From assembly GCA_033763315.1 (NCBI GenBank), contig JANRKS010000031.1, forward strand, positions 160,001 to 224,000: 64,000 bases of DNA. Direction: 5' to 3'. The first letter of the stretch is position 1. Each line of letters opens with the position of its first letter. Below the pieces are notes generated by a model that ran no database searches, was not told the origin of the DNA, and saw only the letters and a list, made by a program, of their open reading frames with translations. Shown one piece after another: positions 8,830 to 17,308 of this stretch. The position numbers were made by a program, and so were the translations under genes. The stretch is from Deltaproteobacteria bacterium. GTDB lineage: Bacteria; Myxococcota_A; Polyangia; Fen-1088.

Positions 8830-10026
8830 CTATAGCAGCGTTTCCACTAAGACGGCAATCCCCTGTCCACCACCAATGCAGGCCGCACCAATGCCAAACC
8901 TGCCTTGCCGCCGCCGCAGTTCATGAACCAGGTGCGCCAAGATACGTGCACCCGAGGCCCCTAGTGGGTGGCCCAGCGCAATGGCGCCACCGTCCACGTT
9001 GGTTTTTTCTCGGGGCAGGTCCAATAGCTTCTCCACCGCTAAAAACTGGGCGGCGAAGGCCTCATTTACCTCGATGAGGTCCATCTGGTCGAAGGTCATT
9101 CCCGCGCGCGACAGGGCCTTCATCATGGCTGGCACTGGGCCGAGCCCCATCAGCTTCGGCTCCACACCAACGCTGGCCCACGCATGAATTTTCGCCAGTG
9201 GTTGCACGCCCAGGCTTTCACATTTTCCCCGCGACGCCAGCACCAACGCGGCCGCGCCATCCGCTATGCCAGACGCGTTGCCCGCCGTGACCACGCCGTC
9301 TGCTTTGAAAACCGGGCGTAGCGCTTCAAGGGCCGCGATTTGAGTGTTGGGTCGTGGATGCTCGTCTTGTGTGACGACGGTGGCCTTTTTCCCCTGGCCC
9401 ACCTCAACAGGCACGATCTCCGCGGCGAACCTGCCGGCCGCCTGGGCCGCGGTCCACCGCTGCTGTGATTGCAACGCGAACTCATCGCACGCTTGCCTGC
9501 CGATGTTGTGCAGGGCGGCCACATTTTCCGCCGTGACGCCCATCGCGCAGCCCGCGTAGGTGTCTGTCAAAGCCGCCCACAAACTATCTTCGAGCGGAGG
9601 CGCCTTGCCAAACGCCAGCCCCCAGCGGGCGCCGCGCACCACGTGGGGCGCCAAGCTCATGGATTCGGTGCCGCCCACCAAACAAAGCTCTGCCTCGCCA
9701 AGCGCGATCGCTTGTGCCGCGGTGATCGCGGCTTGGAAACCTGAGCCACAAAGCCGGTTGACCGTTAAGGCGGGCACTTCCACTGGCACGCCCGCACGCA
9801 GGGCAATGTGGCGGGCACAGTAGACGTCTTCCGGCGTGGTTTGAACCACGTTACCGAAGATCGATTCGTCGACCAAGGTCGGATCCACGCCCGCTGCGGC
9901 CAAGGCCGCTTTGGCTGCATGCACCCCCAAGTCTGTTCCTTTGAGGTCGCGAAGCGCGCCACCGAAGGCGCCAAAAGGGGTGCGCTTCGCCGACAGAACC
10001 AAACAGTCTTTGTCCCCTTGCCCCAC
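8830..10026 (-). CDS. Acetyl-CoA C-acyltransferase (thiolase)
   Basis: RTPFG, NRLCGSG, NEAFAAQ, GHPLGASG and CIGGGQG motifs. Confidence 0.96.
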   Translation of the reverse strand: MGQGDKDCLVLSAKRTPFGAFGGALRDLKGTDLGVHAAKAALAAAGVDPTLVDESIFGNVVQTTPEDVYCARHIALRAGVPVEVPALTVNRLCGSGFQAAITAAQAIALGEAELCLVGGTESMSLAPHVVRGARWGLAFGKAPPLEDSLWAALTDTYAGCAMGVTAENVAALHNIGRQACDEFALQSQQRWTAAQAAGRFAAEIVPVEVGQGKKATVVTQDEHPRPNTQIAALEALRPVFKADGVVTAGNASGIADGAAALVLASRGKCESLGVQPLAKIHAWASVGVEPKLMGLGPVPAMMKALSRAGMTFDQMDLIEVNEAFAAQFLAVEKLLDLPREKTNVDGGAIALGHPLGASGARILAHLVHELRRRQGRFGIGAACIGGGQGIAVLVETLL

Positions 10027-10041
10027 CGCTACCTCGCTTTG

Positions 10042-13000
10042 TCACACCACGGGTGAAATGCCGAGCTCTTCTCTTAGTTCAAGATGCTCGATGGAGAGCA
10101 CGAATTCCAGGAAGTCTTCGAGCGCTTCAGGACCTTCCTCTTCGGAAACGATCTTACCGACCCGCATCACGTCGCCACAGATAAGCGTGCCAAGGCGTGT
10201 GGCGGTGCGGCCCAAGCTGCGCGCCCACGCGGATAAATTGATGGCTGAACGATCGCGCACAAGCCGCGAGCCGAGCTCAGCCAAGATCACCTTTTCTTGC
10301 GGCGCGCTTGTCTCGATGTGCTCGATGATCTCCGGATCGACTTCGCTGCCAGAGAGAGTCTTGCGGCCCAAGGCCATACACGCCATCAAGAACGGGCGAA
10401 GTTGGCGCCCCGAGCGTGATGACCCGGCGATGCGCCCCGGTGTGCCAAATGACATCGCGCGGCCCAACCGGAAGCCAAGTTCAACAGTGTCGGTCGATTG
10501 CAAGAGAGCCGGCCCCACGAACAATGAATAGGGTCGCGTGTCTGCCAAGCGCGCGTCACCCTCCAACGCTTCATAAGGGAAGATGCGTTCGGGCAGCGAA
10601 ACCTTCAGCACGCCACACGCATAATGAAGCACGCGCCGAAACGCATCCGGGATTTCACCGGGCGCGAGTGGATGTTCGCCCGTCAAGCCCATGTCTTCGT
10701 CTGAAAACGGCGCCAATAGACCTGACGTTGCGAGGAGGGCGAACAAGGCTTCGAGATCGGCGTCCTCACCCGGGTGGCGCGCCTTGGCCAAGATGCCGCC
10801 TTCGATCGGCTGCGCCAAACGACCCAAAACGCGCGGCCGGTGTTGCACAGCCATCGTTTGTTGAGCAGGCGTGGCGTGCCCACGCAACACCAACGCGGCG
10901 GCCCCGATCGTCGCCGCATCAGTTTTGCCCACACGCAAGAACAGATCCACCAAGGCCGAACCCACGGCGCCGTCGAATGGTTGTAGCCGCCACTCCGCCG
11001 TCAAGGCGCGCGCCAACTCTTTCCAACGCGCGAGGTCTTGTTGGTTCAACGCCACCACTTTGCGTTGCAGCTCGAGATCATCTGGAGCCAAGCGCGCGGC
11101 CATCTCGTACGCGATGCGGGCGGAGGCGAAGTCCTCGAACTCCGTCTCGTAAAGCGCCGCCAAGTCTTTCCAGATGCGGCGTCGCAGCGGCAAAGCGCGA
11201 TCGCCCAGGGCGCGAATCAAGCGCCGGTAAATGCGCTCGGTGGCATGAAATTCACTGTAGTTTCCGTAGATGCGGGTCAAGGCATCCAATGCCTGCTCAC
11301 GCGAGGGATCCGCCTCAAGCGCCTTCTCTAGCGAAGCGCGCGCCGTGTCTTCGTCACCCGTGGCGGCCGCCAAACGCCCCAAGAACTCGTGCGCGTCTAC
11401 GTGGCCGGGATCCAGGGTCAAAGCGTGTTCGAGACGTTCACGCGCCTCGGAAACTTTGGGCTCCCCATCGGCCAGATATTGCGCCCACCCCAAGAAGGCA
11501 TGGTAGGCGGCTTGATCGGGTCCTGCCCGCACCGCTTGTTCAAGCTTCAGCAACGCTTGCTGCAAATCGCCGGCGTCCAAGTGCGCGCGCGCTTCAGAGA
11601 AGATCAGTTCGGCGCCGAGCAGATCGGCCTCTTCGTTGGCTTGCCCCAACGTCTTGTCGTAGCCCGCGCGGATGTTTGAATCACACAGCACTTTGAAGGC
11701 GCGGTTGTAAGCAGAACGAATGTTTTCAAGCTTGGCGGCATCGGCACCGAGATCGACGCCCGCGAAGATGTCGGGCGCGAACTTGCGTGTGCGACGCTCA
11801 TAAGCGGCCACGATCTGATCCAGGCCCGCGTTGCGATCGACGCCAAGCAGCTCGTAAAGGTTTTTGCCGTGAATTTCCAGGTATTCACGCAACACAACTT
11901 GGCGAGGATCTTCTTGGCGCTCTTGCGCCAACGCCTGCATGACTTGCGATTGTGCAGCTTCGGCCAAAGCCAAGCGGGCCAACGGCTCGATCGTGATCAC
12001 GCCAGAATCAGGGGAATCCATCTCAGCCATGGGCACGCCGTCGCGTGGCGCGGGCACGTCCAAAGCGCCGCCGTGGCTGTCGTCCATTGAGAAGCCGAGA
12101 TCGATCTCGGGCAGGGCCATCGACGAGCTTTGCGCCGGCAACGTTTCATGGCCCAGGCGTTCCAATGAAAAGGATGACTTCTCCGCCTCTTCCGGCGTGA
12201 CCGCTGATAACACTTGTGGTGGCGCTGGTTCGAAGTCCGCGAGGCCACACAACGCCAGGGCTTCGAGGCCCAAGATCACATTGGATGCGTCTTGTCGCAA
12301 CGCTAGCTCCCCGACGGTGGGTTTGCCTGCCAGCGACTTCGGCAGCTCAGGGCCGAAGACTTCTTCCACCAGGCTTCGGTAGCGTTCAAGGCGGCTTGAA
12401 AGCCGCACGGGGCTCGCGCCGTGCTCTTCCACCAAACGTTCCAGCAACAGATCCGGTGCCGCTGTTTTTTGCAGCCCCACAAACAGCAAACGTGGAATCT
12501 CGAGCTCGTGTTCGATCACGCGCTCCATAAATTCAGCGCCCGATGAAAACTCGAAAGCTCCATCGGTCCAGCGCAAGCAATCTACGACGCGTTTGCGGGC
12601 TTGAGCGCCCAAATACTTCAGAACGTCTTCGGGCGACAGCCATCCCAGCTCAACCAAAACGGCGCCCATTTTCTGTCCGCGCCGCTTCATCTCTGACAGA
12701 AGGAACGTTAACTGTTCCTCATCCAAAATCCCGCGTGCTTGCAGCAGCGAGCCCAAGGCTTCTTGGCGCAGGTTCGATTCAGATCCCACAGGCTTGCCGT
12801 CGCGAATGAAGATCTCTTTGCGCACCTGTCCGCGACGCAACACCAATGTGCCGGTCGAGCCCGCTTCCAGATGTTCGATCAAAAGGCGGGGAACCGGCCG
12901 GTTCGAAAGCGACCCTGCGTTGACGAGGCCGATGTCGATGGGCTCGGAGACCATGGGTGGTATTTCAACCGGTACGGCCCCCAGGTCTGGCCCAGGGGGC

Positions 13001-13638
13001 CGCACAGGCACAGGAGGCGCAACCACCGCGCCCGGCGGTGCCACGCCCACCATGGTGGGAGGGCGTTTCGGCCCTTCGTCGGTGCGTGCCGCTGCGGGCG
13101 CCCCGGAGCGCACGCCCGCAGGCACCACGCCGAATCCCACGGTTCCCCCTGCAGGTGCGGCAGGCGGAGGCGTGGGCAAAGCCACCGCTGGCCTCACTGC
13201 AGAAGGGCGCACTGGTGCGGGTGCGGGCGTCGCTGCGTCCAGCAATTTCAGTACGGCCTGCCCCACAGCACTGGGATCGGCCGGCTTCGGAAAAAACGAT
13301 CCGCCGACCTCTGCCAGCAGTTGATCCAACTGCGCGCGATCACGCACCAAGCCGGACACAAACACAATCGGCAGATGTTCCGTTTCGCCATCCGCGCGCA
13401 GAGCCCGAGCCAGCTCGAAACCATCCATGCGGGGCATGAACAGATCGACGATCACCGCGTCGGGCATTTCCTTGTGAATTTGCGCAAGCGCCCGCTTGCC
13501 ATCGCCTGCGCGCGATGTCTTGATGCCCCGCTGTTGCAGCGAAGGATCGTTTAACAGACCGCGCTCCAGCAACTGGCGCGCCACCGGGTCGTCGTCGACC
13601 AGCAAAACGTTGAGTTTGGCCTCAGCTCCGGCGCTCAT
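10042..13638 (-). CDS. Multidomain signalling protein: REC + Pro-rich linker + DUF4388-like + J-like + TPR
   Basis: LLVDDD...VDLFMPRMDG receiver. GTLVLRRGQVRKEIFIRDG...LGSLL...WTDGAFEF (DUF4388-like). YELLGV...RKFAPD...AFKVL...RAGYD (J-like). TPR helices. Confidence 0.88.
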   Translation of the reverse strand: MSAGAEAKLNVLLVDDDPVARQLLERGLLNDPSLQQRGIKTSRAGDGKRALAQIHKEMPDAVIVDLFMPRMDGFELARALRADGETEHLPIVFVSGLVRDRAQLDQLLAEVGGSFFPKPADPSAVGQAVLKLLDAATPAPAPVRPSAVRPAVALPTPPPAAPAGGTVGFGVVPAGVRSGAPAAARTDEGPKRPPTMVGVAPPGAVVAPPVPVRPPGPDLGAVPVEIPPMVSEPIDIGLVNAGSLSNRPVPRLLIEHLEAGSTGTLVLRRGQVRKEIFIRDGKPVGSESNLRQEALGSLLQARGILDEEQLTFLLSEMKRRGQKMGAVLVELGWLSPEDVLKYLGAQARKRVVDCLRWTDGAFEFSSGAEFMERVIEHELEIPRLLFVGLQKTAAPDLLLERLVEEHGASPVRLSSRLERYRSLVEEVFGPELPKSLAGKPTVGELALRQDASNVILGLEALALCGLADFEPAPPQVLSAVTPEEAEKSSFSLERLGHETLPAQSSSMALPEIDLGFSMDDSHGGALDVPAPRDGVPMAEMDSPDSGVITIEPLARLALAEAAQSQVMQALAQERQEDPRQVVLREYLEIHGKNLYELLGVDRNAGLDQIVAAYERRTRKFAPDIFAGVDLGADAAKLENIRSAYNRAFKVLCDSNIRAGYDKTLGQANEEADLLGAELIFSEARAHLDAGDLQQALLKLEQAVRAGPDQAAYHAFLGWAQYLADGEPKVSEARERLEHALTLDPGHVDAHEFLGRLAAATGDEDTARASLEKALEADPSREQALDALTRIYGNYSEFHATERIYRRLIRALGDRALPLRRRIWKDLAALYETEFEDFASARIAYEMAARLAPDDLELQRKVVALNQQDLARWKELARALTAEWRLQPFDGAVGSALVDLFLRVGKTDAATIGAAALVLRGHATPAQQTMAVQHRPRVLGRLAQPIEGGILAKARHPGEDADLEALFALLATSGLLAPFSDEDMGLTGEHPLAPGEIPDAFRRVLHYACGVLKVSLPERIFPYEALEGDARLADTRPYSLFVGPALLQSTDTVELGFRLGRAMSFGTPGRIAGSSRSGRQLRPFLMACMALGRKTLSGSEVDPEIIEHIETSAPQEKVILAELGSRLVRDRSAINLSAWARSLGRTATRLGTLICGDVMRVGKIVSEEEGPEALEDFLEFVLSIEHLELREELGISPVV

Positions 13639-13649
13639 GCGGGGGCTTC

Positions 13650-14420
13650 CTATGACCGCTTCGCTTCGCCTTCAACGGTTTCAGGGACGTCTTCTTCAAT
13701 GGCCACACGCGACGACGGCAACGCCGCCTGCGCTTTGGTGGCGGGGGCAAGCCCCATCTTTGCTTTGAGCGCGCTCAGAGCATCGTCGGTGCCCACGCTT
13801 CCTGCTTCGAGGGCTTTGAATTTTTGGGCCAGTGTATCGCCCGACAGTTCCCCGCCCAATTCTGTGGACGCTTCTGCCTCCGCTTCGATCTGATCCACCT
13901 TATTGGCCATGCGATCAAAAGCGTCAAACGCGCTGTTGTCTGAAAGGCCTTGCATCGTGTCTTGAATCGCTTTTTGCGCTTCGGCGCGCTTTTGCCGCGC
14001 GATCAACACGTTCTTCTTACGTTTGGCTTCCTCGATCTTGTCGTTGAGGGTGCGCAGCTGTTCCTTCAGTTTCTCAACCGCGGCTTTTTGCAGCTCCCAC
14101 TGTTTGCCAAATTCTGCTGATTGACTTTCGTGCTCGGTCTTGCGCTTGAGTGCTTCCCGCGCCAAGGCGTCGTCGCCCGCCCGCACCGCGATCATGGCCT
14201 TGCGTTCCCATTCGGCGGCCAGTTCAGTCTGTTCGTCGAACTGCTTCTTTAATCGCTTTTCATCGGCGATTGAGACGGCCACTTGTTTTTTTGCATCAAC
14301 AAGCTGGCTCTGCATGTCCATGACCAGCTGATCCAACATCTTCTTTGGATCTTCGGCCTTTGAAATCAGGTCGTTTAAGTTCGACTTGATGAGTGTGCCT
14401 AGGCGGGAAAAGAAACCCAT
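13650..14420 (-). CDS. pspA: PspA/IM30 family protein
   Basis: MGFFSRLGTLIKSNLNDLISKAEDPKKML, long coiled coil, AFDRMANKV. Confidence 0.94.
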   Translation of the reverse strand: MGFFSRLGTLIKSNLNDLISKAEDPKKMLDQLVMDMQSQLVDAKKQVAVSIADEKRLKKQFDEQTELAAEWERKAMIAVRAGDDALAREALKRKTEHESQSAEFGKQWELQKAAVEKLKEQLRTLNDKIEEAKRKKNVLIARQKRAEAQKAIQDTMQGLSDNSAFDAFDRMANKVDQIEAEAEASTELGGELSGDTLAQKFKALEAGSVGTDDALSALKAKMGLAPATKAQAALPSSRVAIEEDVPETVEGEAKRS

Positions 14421-14483
14421 GATCGTCCTTGTAGCTTACGTGCAGGCTGCGGTGTTTGTGCGAGGTTCGCTTGAAGAAGTGAC

Positions 14484-14867
14484 TTAGGAGGCGTCCCTAA
14501 AACGTGACAACGTCGGGTATAACTTGCCCACCGACATCGTTATGTCGTCGACAGAAGATTGGAACTCATTGAAGTCCAAATTCTCGAGCGCCAACGCCGC
14601 CACGATCACCACGGAGCCGTTCTCAAGTCCGAACGCCCCATGCACCATCTCTGTCGTGTTCAGTCGCAAGAGGGACTCAAAAAACGACTCTCGGTTGGCG
14701 GTCGGCGCGTCCATCACCTTGAGGCGGAACACCACCAAGGGCCCCGTGAGGGAAACCACGAGGTTCTGGTTTTCCTGCACGTGTACGTTCCACATGTGCT
14801 CGCCGAGCGCCTCGTAGGGCGTGTCCAGGCGCAGCAAATAGGATTCGATGTCCTCGGGTCCCTTCAT
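14484..14867 (-). CDS. YbjN/CesT-like chaperone-fold protein
   Basis: 127 aa from MKGPEDIESYL, with LLRLNTTEMVHGAFGL...LENLDFNEF. Directly upstream of pspA. Confidence 0.78.
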   Translation of the reverse strand: MKGPEDIESYLLRLDTPYEALGEHMWNVHVQENQNLVVSLTGPLVVFRLKVMDAPTANRESFFESLLRLNTTEMVHGAFGLENGSVVIVAALALENLDFNEFQSSVDDITMSVGKLYPTLSRFRDAS

Positions 14868-15105
14868 GGGTGCCTGTTCTCCAGATGGATTGTGTCGTGC
14901 CAGCGCAAACCCGCGCCGCCGCGAAAGTTTTACGGTCCCCCAGAGCGTAGACGATTCTTGACGCAACCACAAACAACGCCCCTTCCAAACGTCTCGCCCG
15001 CCCCCTCCTGCAGGCCTGCTCACGCTTTGGGGCATGCCGTCGCTGTGCTGCCCGGTTCCCTTGCCGCGGCCATGTGAATGTGGTACCCGAATGTCCCTTA
15101 GCCCT

Positions 15106-15855
15106 ATGTCGCTTGATCCCGCCAATTTGCCGCAGCACGTTGCCATCATCATGGACGGCAACGGCCGCTGGGCCCAGTGCCAGGGGTTGCCGCGCGTCGA
15201 AGGGCACCGCCGAGGCGCCAAGTCCGTGCGAACGGTGGTGCGGGCGGCGCGCGAGATTGGGCTTCGTGCACTCACGCTTTACGCCTTCTCCGCCCAGAAC
15301 TGGCGTCGTCCAGGCGAAGAAGTGGCCCTGCTGATGCAGCTGCTGCTTGAGTACGTGCTCGAAGAGCGGGCAGAAATCATGGACAACGGCATACGTCTCA
15401 CAGCGATTGGCCAAGTCGACCGGTTGCCGGGCTTTGTGCGTGAGCCTTTGCAGACCTTGATTGCGGATTCCGCCAGCAACACGGGCATGACTTTATGTTT
15501 GGCGCTCTCTTATGGTGGCCGCGAATCAATCGTCGACGCCGCCCAACGCCTGGCGAAGTCGCTGTCCAGCGGCGAAATCACCGTTGAGAACATCACCGAG
15601 GAGGCTTTCTCCGGCGCTCTGCAAACGGGCCACCTGCCGCAACTTGATCTGTTGATCCGGACGTCAGGCGAGCAGCGGCTGTCGAACTTCATGTTGTGGG
15701 AGGCGTCGTACGCCGAACTGTGCTTCACCGAAACCTTGTGGCCCGAGTTCGGACGCGAGCATCTGTTGGCCTGTTTGGAACAATACGGGCAGCGGGAACG
15801 GCGTTTCGGCCTCACGGGCGACCAACTGCGCCCAGCGATTCGCAGCGTTGGTTAA
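15106..15855 (+). CDS. uppS: Undecaprenyl diphosphate synthase (isoprenyl transferase)
   Basis: HVAIIMDGNGRWA, YAFSAQNWRRP, IRTSGEQRLSNF and RERRFG motifs. Confidence 0.96.
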   Translation: MSLDPANLPQHVAIIMDGNGRWAQCQGLPRVEGHRRGAKSVRTVVRAAREIGLRALTLYAFSAQNWRRPGEEVALLMQLLLEYVLEERAEIMDNGIRLTAIGQVDRLPGFVREPLQTLIADSASNTGMTLCLALSYGGRESIVDAAQRLAKSLSSGEITVENITEEAFSGALQTGHLPQLDLLIRTSGEQRLSNFMLWEASYAELCFTETLWPEFGREHLLACLEQYGQRERRFGLTGDQLRPAIRSVG

Positions 15856-15895
15856 GGGCGTGACCGGGCGCCGGCTTTTCGGGTAGAAAGCCCTC

Positions 15896-16726
15896 GTGTT
15901 CGACAAGAATCTTCTGTTGCGGGCGCTTTCGGCGCTGGTCGGTTTGCCTCTCGTGGGCTTGCTGGTGGTTTGGGATCAACGCTGGGGCTTTGCCCTGCTG
16001 ACCTTTGCGATGATGGCGATCGCGCTTTCCGAGTACACGAATATGTCGCCGTTGCGCGGCCGCAGTGGCGCCGAACGAGGCACGCTTGTGGTGGCCGGCG
16101 TCGTGTTAGGACTGGCCATCTACGCCCGTCCCGACTTCGCATTGACGTCCCTTATCGTGGTGGCACTTGCCGTGGGGGCGGCGCAGTTGTTCTTCGCGAC
16201 CGATATGCCCACGGCGGGGGCGCGTTTTGGGGCAACGCTTGCGGGTTTGCTTTATGTGCCGCTGCTGCTCACGGCGCTGCCGCTTTTGCAGCGGGACGCG
16301 ACGCACGGAGAGTCGTGGGTGTTCGTTGCTCTGGGCGTGACATTTAGCTGTGATACGGGTGCTTATTTCGCGGGTCGCGCGTTAGGTAAGCGCAAACTGG
16401 CCCCGGCGATCTCACCGGGTAAGACATGGGCAGGTTTCTGGGGCGGTGTGGCCTCTGCGATGTTGTTCGTATTCATCGCCCGCCAAACCTTTTTCCCAAC
16501 CTTGAGCCTCGTTGATGTGGCCGTGGTGGGGGGCGCCTCAGCGGTCCTCGGCCCAGCCGGCGACCTCGTTGAATCCATGTTGAAGCGTTCGTCTGGCGTG
16601 AAAGACTCGGGCAACGTCATCCCTGGTCACGGCGGGGTTTTAGATCGCGTCGACGCCCTGCTGTTCGTGGGCGGGTTCGTCTACGTTTACGCCGCTCAAC
16701 TCCGAGCGGCGCTTGGTCTTGGTTGA
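15896..16726 (+). CDS. cdsA: Phosphatidate cytidylyltransferase
   Basis: DTGAYFAG, ISPGKT, GDLVESMLKRSSGVKDSG and PGHGGVLDRVD motifs. Follows uppS. Confidence 0.95.
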   Translation: MFDKNLLLRALSALVGLPLVGLLVVWDQRWGFALLTFAMMAIALSEYTNMSPLRGRSGAERGTLVVAGVVLGLAIYARPDFALTSLIVVALAVGAAQLFFATDMPTAGARFGATLAGLLYVPLLLTALPLLQRDATHGESWVFVALGVTFSCDTGAYFAGRALGKRKLAPAISPGKTWAGFWGGVASAMLFVFIARQTFFPTLSLVDVAVVGGASAVLGPAGDLVESMLKRSSGVKDSGNVIPGHGGVLDRVDALLFVGGFVYVYAAQLRAALGLG

Positions 16727-17308
16727 TGAAGCCGCTATGACAAGGGTGTCATAGGACCGCAGGCGGTCCCTCAGATGCCTGCGGGGCCCAAACGACGAAA
16801 CCCCCGCGAGGCGTTTGCCGGCGGGGGCGTTGTCGTAACTAAGTGAAAAAAAGATCTTAAGTCTTTGAGGCCGTCGTTCGATGGGACGTTGGCCCCTCAA
16901 CCGTGGCTTTTGCCCTGTAAGCTACTGAAACCATAAGCAAAGCTGGAATACGGTGGGCCGGAAGCTAAGCAAGAGTAAGAAAGTATTTAAGCCAACTAGG
17001 GGTACGGCTGCTGGTCAATCCAGCGGGCCGAAGTATTAGGCCACACCGGTTGTTAAGGCCGGTGTGTGGGAGGAGCGGCTTGTTTGGGGGCCATAATAAT
17101 CCCATCCAAACCACTCCCTTGGCTTTTGCAAGGGTTGTGCCGAAGCGATTCTCCCGTTTACCGCATGGCCAAGTCCTTGGAAATCTGCGCACTTCCATGT
17201 TAGGACGGTGGTCAACACATCCCTACGGACCGCCCAGCGGCCTTTTCACCCTGACTTTGATGTCACACCGCTTTTGCGCAGGTCCCGGCCCTTTTCACGT
17301 GTCAGTGA

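Noticed and set aside
16727-17308. 6S, SRP or RNase P RNA
   Set aside because: No SRP or RNase P signature sequences, no single long rod typical of 6S, and no typical synteny. Kept only as an unassigned structured region.
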